A stretch of DNA of 13,872 nt, from the NCBI GenBank assembly GCA_030614005.1, contig JAUWKS010000078.1, positions 1 to 13,872 on the forward strand, read 5' to 3'. The notes under the pieces were generated by a model. The model saw only the letters and a list, made by a program, of their open reading frames with translations. It was not told the origin of the DNA and made no database searches. This DNA is from Candidatus Heimdallarchaeota archaeon (GTDB lineage: Archaea > Asgardarchaeota > Heimdallarchaeia > JABLTI01). Both the position numbers and the translations under genes were made by a program. Shown here in pieces: positions 6,527-13,868 of this stretch (position 1 is the first letter of the stretch; every line of letters starts with the position of its first letter).

Positions 6527-8494
6527 ATGAGGATAATCTACTTGAATAGTGAGAAACAAAAAAAAGGACTCAAGAAGACTTGTAATAGCAATAAGGATTC
6601 AGAGAACTTTGAAAATTCAGAGATTATTCAGAAACAAATAGAAGATGTTCAAAGGGATAGTGAGGAACGTTATAGGGCACTTTTTGATGCAACATTTGAG
6701 GCTATCTTCATATCAGTAAAAGGAATCTGCATTGATGCAAATCAATTAGCATCAGAAATGTTTGGTTATACTTATGATGAGTTGATAGGAATCTTTGGTA
6801 CAGATGTTATAGCTCCTGAATATAAGGAGATAGTGAAAAGCAATATGCTTTCTGGTTCTGAAAAGCTATATGAGGCAATGGGCTTAAGAAAGGATGGGAG
6901 TATATTTCCTGTTCAAATTCAAGCACGAATGATGGATTACAAAGGGCAAAGAGTACGTGTTACTGCAGTAAGTGATATTGGTGATTATAAAGAAGCACAA
7001 AAGGCCTTACAAGACAGTGAGGAATTATATAGATCAATTGTAGAAAATTCTGTAGAAGGTCATATAATAGTAAATGATAAATTCCAGTTCCTTTATGTCA
7101 ATAAGGAATTTACAAAAATATTGGGAAGACCAATAGAGGAAATAATTGGTCATGATTTCAGAGAATTTGTTACTGAAGAAAGTGTGAACTTGGTTGTTGA
7201 CAGATATTTAAAAAGACAAAAAGGAGAAGAGGTTCCAAATAGATATGAAATCTTTGTATTAAGGAAAAATGCTGAAAAAAGGAAAGTTTTACTTAGCTCA
7301 AGTGTTATCAAAGATTCAGATGGAAACGTTAAAACTGTAGCATTACTACTCGATATAACAGACCACTATAGAACTCAAGAATTGCTTCAAGCGAGTGAAG
7401 AAAAATTCAGACAATTATTTGAAAACTCATTAGATGCAATAATCTGGGCAAATCCTGATACTGGTATAATTATTAATTGCAATAAACAAGCTGAAGTACT
7501 CTTTGAAAAGGATAAAGAGAATATTATTGGAAAACATCAATCAAGTCTACATCCCTCAGAAAAAGCTGGTATATACAAACAAATGTTTCAAGAACATTTT
7601 GAAAGAGGGGGGAGTTTGGATGATGAAGCAGAGATCATTACTAAATCAGGGAAAATAATACCTGTTAATATTTCAGCTTCAGTTGTTGTTGTCAATAATG
7701 AATCAATTATACAAGGGATATTTAGAGATATAACTGTAAGGAAGCAAGCTGAAGAAAATTTACGAAAACTAAATGAAGAGTTGGAATCAAGAGTTATCAA
7801 TCGTACAAATAGATTGCAAGAATTGAATAAAGAGCTTGAAGCCTTTTCTTATACAGTTTCTCATGACTTACGTGCACCATTGAGAGGAATAAATGGTTTT
7901 AGCAAAATAATACTTGATGATTATTCAGATAAATTAGATAAAAGAGGAAAAGATTACATAAATAGAATTCGAAATGCAACTAAAGAAATGGATAATCTCA
8001 TTAATAATTTACTAGAATTAGCAAGAATAACGCGAGTAGAAATGCAATTTATTCCAGTAAATCTTAGTAAACAAGTTAGAATTATTCTAACCAAATTACA
8101 AAAAATTGATCCTGAAAGAAAAGTCAAGTGTGAAATCAAGAGAAGAATAGTTGTATCAGGGGATGAACAGCTATTGATAATAATGCTAGAAAATCTTTGT
8201 AAAAATGCTTGGAAATTTACTAAGAAGAATCCAAAAGCAAAAATTGAATTTGGCTTAACGGAAACCAAAGAAGGAAAGACATTTTTCATTAGAGATAATG
8301 GAATTGGTTTTGACATGAAATATGCTGAGAAATTATTTAGACCTTTCCAACGATTACACACCGACAAAGAATTTCCAGGAATTGGTATTGGATTAGCGAC
8401 TGTACAAAGCATAATCCAAAAACATAATGGTAAAATCTGGGTTGAAAGTCAAATAGATAAAGGAACTACATTCTATTATACAATTAGTACCTAA
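6527..8494 (+). CDS. Soluble PAS-domain sensor histidine kinase (3 PAS/PAC, coiled coil, HisKA, HATPase_c)
   Basis: Three PAS units start EERYRALF, EELYRSIV and EEKFRQLF and end in DI(T) motifs. H-box ELEAFSYTVSHDLRAPLRGI, N-box ENLCKNAWKF, G1 IRDNGIGF, F-box LFRPFQRLH, G2 GIGIGLA, and GTTFY. No TM segment. Confidence 0.97.
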   Translation: MRIIYLNSEKQKKGLKKTCNSNKDSENFENSEIIQKQIEDVQRDSEERYRALFDATFEAIFISVKGICIDANQLASEMFGYTYDELIGIFGTDVIAPEYKEIVKSNMLSGSEKLYEAMGLRKDGSIFPVQIQARMMDYKGQRVRVTAVSDIGDYKEAQKALQDSEELYRSIVENSVEGHIIVNDKFQFLYVNKEFTKILGRPIEEIIGHDFREFVTEESVNLVVDRYLKRQKGEEVPNRYEIFVLRKNAEKRKVLLSSSVIKDSDGNVKTVALLLDITDHYRTQELLQASEEKFRQLFENSLDAIIWANPDTGIIINCNKQAEVLFEKDKENIIGKHQSSLHPSEKAGIYKQMFQEHFERGGSLDDEAEIITKSGKIIPVNISASVVVVNNESIIQGIFRDITVRKQAEENLRKLNEELESRVINRTNRLQELNKELEAFSYTVSHDLRAPLRGINGFSKIILDDYSDKLDKRGKDYINRIRNATKEMDNLINNLLELARITRVEMQFIPVNLSKQVRIILTKLQKIDPERKVKCEIKRRIVVSGDEQLLIIMLENLCKNAWKFTKKNPKAKIEFGLTETKEGKTFFIRDNGIGFDMKYAEKLFRPFQRLHTDKEFPGIGIGLATVQSIIQKHNGKIWVESQIDKGTTFYYTIST

Positions 8495-8597
8495 ATGAAA
8501 GAAGAAAACAATTAGACCAAGATGAATTTATTTTACTTCTCACAGAAAAACTTCAATGAACTGTTAAATTTTTAAAGCTTGAAGAGAAATAAAACAT

Positions 8598-9548
8598 ATG
8601 CCAAATCAAAAATGTCTTGCTTGTTTAAATGAAATTACAGAACGTGCAATTGATCTCTCTACAGATAGCAAAGAACTTAGAGAAAAGCTACTCAAAAAAA
8701 TAATGGAAAAAACAGAGAACGAATTTGATCAAATAAAACTGCCAGATTATTCTACAGAAATATTTTCAATAATTGCACAAGAAACAGGCACCAGTGACCC
8801 ATTCCTAGAAATAAAAAAAGAGAGTAATAAATATTTTCAGGACTTGGTTCCCAAAATTGTTGGCTCTTTTGAAGGAAAATTTATAAAAAAAATTATCTAT
8901 GATTCATTCCTTTTCTCTATTGCTGCGAACATGGTTGATTTTAGCACTGGGGGTCATTCAGTTGATTTAGATGAAATTGCTCAGAATATACTACAATTTC
9001 CTGATGAAGGTTTAGCTGTTAATGATTTTGAGAAACTTCATGAACAAATCACCAAAGCACAGAAGATAGTTTATCTATCTGATAATTGTGGAGAAGTAGT
9101 TGTTGATAATTTAGTAGTAGAGTTAATAGTAAAGGCAAAAGAGAAAGAAGTTTTTTTGGGATTAAAAGGAGGACCGGTAGCAAATGATTGCTCATTGGAT
9201 GATTTTACTCGAGATAAACTACCAAATAGTGCAACAGAGACCTTTGTTGTAAGTTCATCGTTTGGTTACAATCTCCATCAAGTAACTGATAGGTTCAAAG
9301 AATTATTAGTGGATGCTAATTTATTGATAGTTAAAGGGCAATCGAATTATGAAACTACTTTGAATAATTTAGTAAGATATCCTGATTTTAATTTTCCACC
9401 AATATTCTGTATTCTTCGAACAAAGTGCTTGGTAATTACCAAAAGTTTAGGTGTTCCACTAGGATCAAATGTAATTAAACAAATGCACCCTCTCCCAAAA
9501 GAGGAAAGAGCAAAATTAGTTGAAATCGTTGAATGGAAAGATTGTTAA
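8598..9548 (+). CDS. DUF89/ARMT1-like damage-control phosphatase (subfamily I/COG1578-like)
   Basis: N-terminal KCLAC, DPFLEIKKESN, AANMVDF, LSDNCGEVVVD (catalytic DN), KGGPVAND, VKGQSNYE and C-terminal LRTKC, in the order typical of the family. Confidence 0.92.
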   Translation: MPNQKCLACLNEITERAIDLSTDSKELREKLLKKIMEKTENEFDQIKLPDYSTEIFSIIAQETGTSDPFLEIKKESNKYFQDLVPKIVGSFEGKFIKKIIYDSFLFSIAANMVDFSTGGHSVDLDEIAQNILQFPDEGLAVNDFEKLHEQITKAQKIVYLSDNCGEVVVDNLVVELIVKAKEKEVFLGLKGGPVANDCSLDDFTRDKLPNSATETFVVSSSFGYNLHQVTDRFKELLVDANLLIVKGQSNYETTLNNLVRYPDFNFPPIFCILRTKCLVITKSLGVPLGSNVIKQMHPLPKEERAKLVEIVEWKDC

Positions 9549-9560
9549 TAATAATCAATC

Positions 9561-9622
9561 TTTTTTGAACCAAAAAATAAAATGAAAGAAAAGGATTCTT
9601 AGTTAGAACCTTTCTCTTTTTT
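9561..9622. terminator. Probable bidirectional terminator region between the convergent DUF89 and DegV genes
   Basis: TTTTTTG-AAC-CAAAAAA (9561-9577) is a perfect inverted repeat giving an oligo-T tract on each strand. An imperfect hairpin GAAAAGGATTCT-TAGTT-AGAACCTTTC follows, with a T-run to 9622. Confidence 0.55.
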
Positions 9623-9693
9623 CTTCTTAATCACAAAAGCGGTTATTGGTAATGTGGCTAGCAATATTGAAACAAGTCCTATAGTGGATTCCT

Positions 9694-10572
9694 CTACAAA
9701 TCTAGCAATTCCTTATCGAATTCACCAATCCAAGAAATTATTAGGCTACCAGGACCAAGATGAGTGCCAACACCAGGTCCGATTTCTATAACTTGAATAT
9801 CCTTGGGGGGTTGTGGGAATGCTCGTATCTCTTCTGCTAATTTATTTGCTACTTCAAGGTTTGCTGTGTGCCCAATTATTAATAGTTCAAGCAAATGTTT
9901 TTTAGTCATTTTTTGCGTGAAGTTAAATAACAAATCGTATACTTTATCCATCCCTCGAACTTTGCCTACAACAGTTATTTCTCCATTTTCAACACTAAAG
10001 ATTGGTTTTACCTGCATTAGATTTCCCATCAAAGAAGCGGTCTTCCCTACTCGCCCACCTTTTTGTAAATAGGTTAATGTAGGAAAGCCACCAAAAGCAT
10101 GTGTTTTTACCATCAGAACATCGTTGATGTAGCTTATGAGCTCATCTTTGGATGCACAGGTTAAAGCTTTTTTAGCTGTTTCAGAAACCAATATTCCTAA
10201 AGGCAGTGTTATCAGTTGAGTATCAACTATAGTAACGTTTTCTGAGAAGAACTGTTTTTTGACCAATTGAGCGGTGTTGAACATACTACTTAACTTTGAG
10301 CTAGTACAAAAAACGATGATCTCATCGTACTTTTCAAGAGCTTCCTTATACACATCATGATATTCCTTAGGCGTAGGGATGGAAGTACTTGGTGTTGCTT
10401 TATCATGAACTAATCGATGATAAAATTCCTCATAGGAAAGGTCAACATAGTGACGTCTTACTTCGTCTTCTCCAAAAATAATTCTTGCTGGAACTATTCT
10501 AATATCATATTTTTTTATGACTTCTTCAGTTAAATCACAATTTGAGTCCGAAACGATGCCAACGTTTGCCAT
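9694..10572 (-). CDS. degV: DegV family (FakB-like) fatty-acid-binding protein
   Basis: IVSDSNCDL, PSTSIP, SSKLSSMFNTA, IVDTQLIT, TYLQKGGRV, LMQVKPI and GTHLGPGS; 292 aa, a typical length. An AGGAG SD (complement of 10581-10585) lies 8 nt upstream. Confidence 0.95.
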   Translation of the reverse strand: MANVGIVSDSNCDLTEEVIKKYDIRIVPARIIFGEDEVRRHYVDLSYEEFYHRLVHDKATPSTSIPTPKEYHDVYKEALEKYDEIIVFCTSSKLSSMFNTAQLVKKQFFSENVTIVDTQLITLPLGILVSETAKKALTCASKDELISYINDVLMVKTHAFGGFPTLTYLQKGGRVGKTASLMGNLMQVKPIFSVENGEITVVGKVRGMDKVYDLLFNFTQKMTKKHLLELLIIGHTANLEVANKLAEEIRAFPQPPKDIQVIEIGPGVGTHLGPGSLIISWIGEFDKELLDL

Positions 10573-10694
10573 TATTTTATCTCCTATTTGTCGATAATTA
10601 CTCTATTGATTAAATACGTTTGTAGAAAAAAGTATTTTTTGTAATAAATTACTAGTATTTTTGGCACTTTTAACGTTAAATTGGAAATAGTGTT

Positions 10695-10701
10695 AAAAAA
10701 A
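10695..10701 (-). terminator. Oligo-T tract, candidate terminator for the carboxypeptidase gene
   Basis: The minus strand reads AATTCTTTTTTTAAC about 125 nt after the stop at 10825. Confidence 0.3.
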
Positions 10702-10824
10702 GAATTAACGTATATTCCTCATAGAAAATTCAAGATTCGATTATATTCGATTCTTTCTTCTAAGGAATATAGTAATTCCGTAACCTTATGTTAGTAAACA
10801 CACTTTATTAAACAAATCTTCAAG

Positions 10825-12510
10825 TTATTTTCTCCTTCGATTTAAGAGATAATATCTTGTCCCAATAACAATAATTGCTAGTCCAATTATTGAAAAGCTA
10901 ATAGATCCTGTAGATTGAGTACTTTCTGATATTTTTAAAGTAAAATGATGATACCCTACATACTCATTGCCAATTTTAATCTCATAAGAATCATTGAAGG
11001 TAAAAGGTAAAGGAACTGTTGCATCTATTTGAACTGTACTGTCAGCTAATATTTCATAGCCTTCCTCGAATATTTTAGTTCCACTGGTATTAAAAATCTC
11101 CACAGGAGCAATTGTTCTTAATTTTGGACTAAGATTTGTACAAGTGAAGGATAGATTGGTTAATGATCCTGGTCTATCAACGATGGAATAAAGAATAGCA
11201 TCAACGTCTAGTCTCGGTGTATTTTCAAGCAAATAGGGGAAAATAGGTTGAATATCTAACCAGAGATCATTGATGTTTTCTTTGACTGGATTATAGAGAT
11301 TGAATATATCTTTCCACTCTATAATCATATGAGTAGAATTTTCCTCTATTATAATTTCAATTTCAGGTGATCTGGATGTGAGATTCCCCCAGAGCTCAAT
11401 ACTAATCGGAGCAAGTGTTTCTCTTTCAAAATACATCCAGTGATCCCAAATTCCAGCAGGATAAGTTGGTTCAGTATCAATAGTGAAGGCAGGAGAAAAA
11501 TCATTGTAGATGTACGAAGTTGGTAGCAGATCATCAAAGTCAATCATCATAGCATTATAGAGAGCAGGTTCATTGAAACCTTCTGAACTTCTAGGAAAGA
11601 AAGTAGCATTTACTCCCGAATGAAGTGAATAAGCCATAGCAAATCGATGCTCTAAAACAAAATCACGATACACTTGCGTTTCTTGCTCGGAGAATGCTAA
11701 TTCACCCGGATAACTACCAGCTTGAGTGTCAGGGTCCCAACCGTATCCATCCCTAAAAAACGCATCATAATTCCTATTCAAATCAATATATCCAAGCGTA
11801 TCCTCGTTAACTAACCCATCACCATCGTTGTCGATGCCTTCATGGTATCCATAGAGATAACTCCAGCTTTCATCAACTTTCTCGTAAACACTAAAGTCCG
11901 AAACAACGCCATCCCCATTTACATCATCAACAGGATCCTCATCAAATGACCCATCACCATCATCATCAAAAGGTCGAGCATTTTTTCTCAACCAATGATC
12001 ATTATCATTGACAACAATATCTAAAGCATCGGGATTTATAGTCGGAATAATGTAAATCTCCTGTGTGTCAATATATTCAGTAATTTGACTATCTACTCCA
12101 TAACCATTCAATAATAAAATGATAAAACGAAGAGCTATTTCAACCGATATCTGTTCTCTACCATGATGATGTGATACAACCAATGTTTTTGCTTTTTGTT
12201 GTGTTCTTAATTCGTTGGTTATTCTAATTGCTTTTATGTCTTTATCATAAAAACTTTCACCGATAATTTCAACATCCATTAATTGAGGAGCAATAGTATT
12301 GAACGCAGAGATTTCTTCCCAGAGCGCGCTTGTGTTATGGTATTGATTATCGTAAAGTAAAGATATGTCTGGCCAAGTTCTTGTAACATCTTGGAGAATT
12401 GGTTCTTCCAAAACCAATATTGCACGAACATTTTGTGTGAAATTAGGCATGAAAAATGAGAAGAGAAAAATAATACATAAGGATTTTAAAACTAATTTCT
12501 TTTTTAACAT
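10825..12510 (-). CDS. Secreted, membrane-anchored M14-family zinc carboxypeptidase
   Basis: Signal peptide MLKKK plus hydrophobic core plus VRA. Zn ligands HHGRE and SLHSG; also PTINPD, WLRKN, IDLNRNY, FSEQET and catalytic ISIELW. Inserted DxDGDG loops, a C-terminal beta-rich domain, an S/T spacer, a TM helix and an RRRK tail. Confidence 0.95.
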   Translation of the reverse strand: MLKKKLVLKSLCIIFLFSFFMPNFTQNVRAILVLEEPILQDVTRTWPDISLLYDNQYHNTSALWEEISAFNTIAPQLMDVEIIGESFYDKDIKAIRITNELRTQQKAKTLVVSHHHGREQISVEIALRFIILLLNGYGVDSQITEYIDTQEIYIIPTINPDALDIVVNDNDHWLRKNARPFDDDGDGSFDEDPVDDVNGDGVVSDFSVYEKVDESWSYLYGYHEGIDNDGDGLVNEDTLGYIDLNRNYDAFFRDGYGWDPDTQAGSYPGELAFSEQETQVYRDFVLEHRFAMAYSLHSGVNATFFPRSSEGFNEPALYNAMMIDFDDLLPTSYIYNDFSPAFTIDTEPTYPAGIWDHWMYFERETLAPISIELWGNLTSRSPEIEIIIEENSTHMIIEWKDIFNLYNPVKENINDLWLDIQPIFPYLLENTPRLDVDAILYSIVDRPGSLTNLSFTCTNLSPKLRTIAPVEIFNTSGTKIFEEGYEILADSTVQIDATVPLPFTFNDSYEIKIGNEYVGYHHFTLKISESTQSTGSISFSIIGLAIIVIGTRYYLLNRRRK

Positions 12511-12554
12511 AGAATAAAATAGAAGTAATTATTAATTAAATTATTGTGTGGTTA

Positions 12555-12663
12555 TTTGATCCAAAATACACCAAAATAAGTCAAGCATTGAGAAAAACGA
12601 TTCGATTCATTGTCTTTTTAATATAAATAACCTTTAAGAATTGAAAATAGCTTAATCCTTTTC
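12555..12663 (+). repeat. Copy 1 of a duplicated 109-nt non-coding upstream element
   Basis: Ungapped alignment to 13226-13334 at offset 671 gives 81/109 identities (hand count). Similarity collapses upstream of 12555. Confidence 0.9.
12621..12640 (+). promoter_or_regulatory. BRE/TATA-like promoter, probably for a leaderless transcript
   Basis: ATAAATAAC-CTTTAAGAA with the TTTAA core about 28-30 nt before ATG 12664. No SD. The equivalent position in copy 2 reads ATAAAGAAC-ATTTAAATG. Confidence 0.5.
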
Positions 12664-13179
12664 ATGTTCAATGTTAATCATGATATTGGAAAAGAATATC
12701 TCAAAAAAGCAGGAACAAATGAGTTTATTATTACAAGGCGTAAGAAAAAGTTTTTCGAACCGGGTTCTGCTTATAAAAATGCTAAAAAAGAAAAGCTACC
12801 CAAGGAATTCTTCACTAAAGAATATGGTAACTTAAGTTTATCCGAGGAATTCATTAAACACTTCCAAATTACTCAGCTCGTTGATATGGCGCGATTATTA
12901 CGAGCAATTTCAATTCTGCTTACTAATTTTACTGGTCCAGAATCCGAGGATTTTAGGAAGAATCACACAGATAGATTGTTTTTCCATTTAATGATGAAAC
13001 CAGGACTTTTTGCAGAGGACGATCTTGCTGGCGCTCTCTTTTCTTTTGGTGAAGTTCTCCAGATACCTAAAACGAATAAAATCACTATCGAAAACTATCG
13101 TACTGCAGCACAGATAATTGGTGGATACTTTGCATTATTGAATTATGACCCTATGATTTTAGCCAGTTACGATGGATAA
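12664..13179 (+). CDS. Hypothetical protein, paralogue A of a tandem pair
   Basis: 171 aa; about 57% identical (93/162 columns, hand count) to 13335..13868. No family recognised. Confidence 0.9.
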   Translation: MFNVNHDIGKEYLKKAGTNEFIITRRKKKFFEPGSAYKNAKKEKLPKEFFTKEYGNLSLSEEFIKHFQITQLVDMARLLRAISILLTNFTGPESEDFRKNHTDRLFFHLMMKPGLFAEDDLAGALFSFGEVLQIPKTNKITIENYRTAAQIIGGYFALLNYDPMILASYDG

Positions 13180-13185
13180 AAGCAA

Positions 13186-13218
13186 TCTTCTTTAATTGTT
13201 TTTATCTTCTTTTTATTT
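13186..13218 (+). terminator. T-rich tract after paralogue A
   Basis: TCTTCTTTAATTGTTTTTATCTTCTTTTTATTT begins a few nt after the TAA at 13179. Confidence 0.5.
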
Positions 13219-13225
13219 CGTCAAA

Positions 13226-13334
13226 TTTAATCCAAAACACACTAAAATGAGTCAAACACAGAGGAAAAAAATTCAATTCATTGATTTTTTGAAATAAAGA
13301 ACATTTAAATGTAAAAAACAGATAAACAATTTTC
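13226..13334 (+). repeat. Copy 2 of the duplicated 109-nt upstream element, including a TATA-like TTTAAAT at 13304-13310
   Basis: Same alignment as copy 1. Both copies end in TTTTC immediately before the ATG. Confidence 0.9.
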
Positions 13335-13868
13335 ATGTCTGCTATAAATCACGATAATGGAAAAAAATATCTCAAAAAAGCAGGAACAAATGTCTTTGTA
13401 ATCTTAGAAGGCACCAAAATGGTTTTCCAACCAGGTGCAGCTTATCAAGATATTAAAAAAGAAAAATTGCCGAACAAATTCTTTGTTGAAGGATTGAAGA
13501 AAGAATTTAGTTTCTCCAAGGAGTTCATTAAACAGTTCAAAGTTACTCAACAGACTGATATGAATCGCTTGTTACGTGCATGTTCAATTCTAATAACAAA
13601 TTTTACAGGTCCAGAAAAAGATGATAATATGAAAAATCACTCTCAGAGGTTATTTAATTCTTTAATGTTGAAACCCGGTATTTTATGCGAAGGGGCCGTT
13701 TGTGATGCACTCATCTCTTTTGGAGAAGTCCTCAAGATTTCAAAAAAAGCTAAAATCACAAGAGAAGATTATATGAACGCTGCAAAAATACTCGGTGATT
13801 ACTTTAAACTATGGAATTACGGTGGATTTTATGATAGTGTCTTAAAGAATTATTTAAAGGGTGATTGA
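13335..13868 (+). CDS. Hypothetical protein, paralogue B of a tandem pair
   Basis: 177 aa. Blocks shared with paralogue A: NHDxGKxYLKKAGTN, PGxAY, KKEKLP, DMxRLLRAxSILxTNFTGPE, KNHxxRLF, LMxKPG, SFGEVL, YFxLxNY. Confidence 0.9.
   Translation: MSAINHDNGKKYLKKAGTNVFVILEGTKMVFQPGAAYQDIKKEKLPNKFFVEGLKKEFSFSKEFIKQFKVTQQTDMNRLLRACSILITNFTGPEKDDNMKNHSQRLFNSLMLKPGILCEGAVCDALISFGEVLKISKKAKITREDYMNAAKILGDYFKLWNYGGFYDSVLKNYLKGD

Noticed and set aside
7588-8412. Minus-strand ORFs 7588..7800 and 7954..8412
   Set aside because: Antisense shadows of the histidine kinase.
3603-9548. Treating half-kinase, methyltransferase, histidine kinase and phosphatase as one signalling operon
   Set aside because: They share a strand, but gaps of about 100-150 nt with separate TATA-like and T-rich elements suggest independent units, and nothing in the sequence links them functionally; synteny in other genomes would be needed.
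9803-10072. 89-aa Cys-containing plus-strand ORF
   Set aside because: Antisense to degV; the Cys residues arise from complementary codons and form no pattern.
11349-11543. 64-aa same-strand alternative-frame ORF inside the carboxypeptidase
   Set aside because: The main frame is uninterrupted and carries the catalytic Glu here; no SD or motif supports an overprinted gene.
11940-11970. CAT/CATC microsatellite-like run
   Set aside because: Explained by Asp/Gly codons of the DxDGDG loops; not an independent repeat.
12555-13334. Interpreting the duplicated upstream element as a CRISPR repeat, IS end or att site
   Set aside because: Only two copies, 109 nt long and 74% identical, with no terminal inverted repeats, target-site duplication, transposase, integrase or cas gene in the window.
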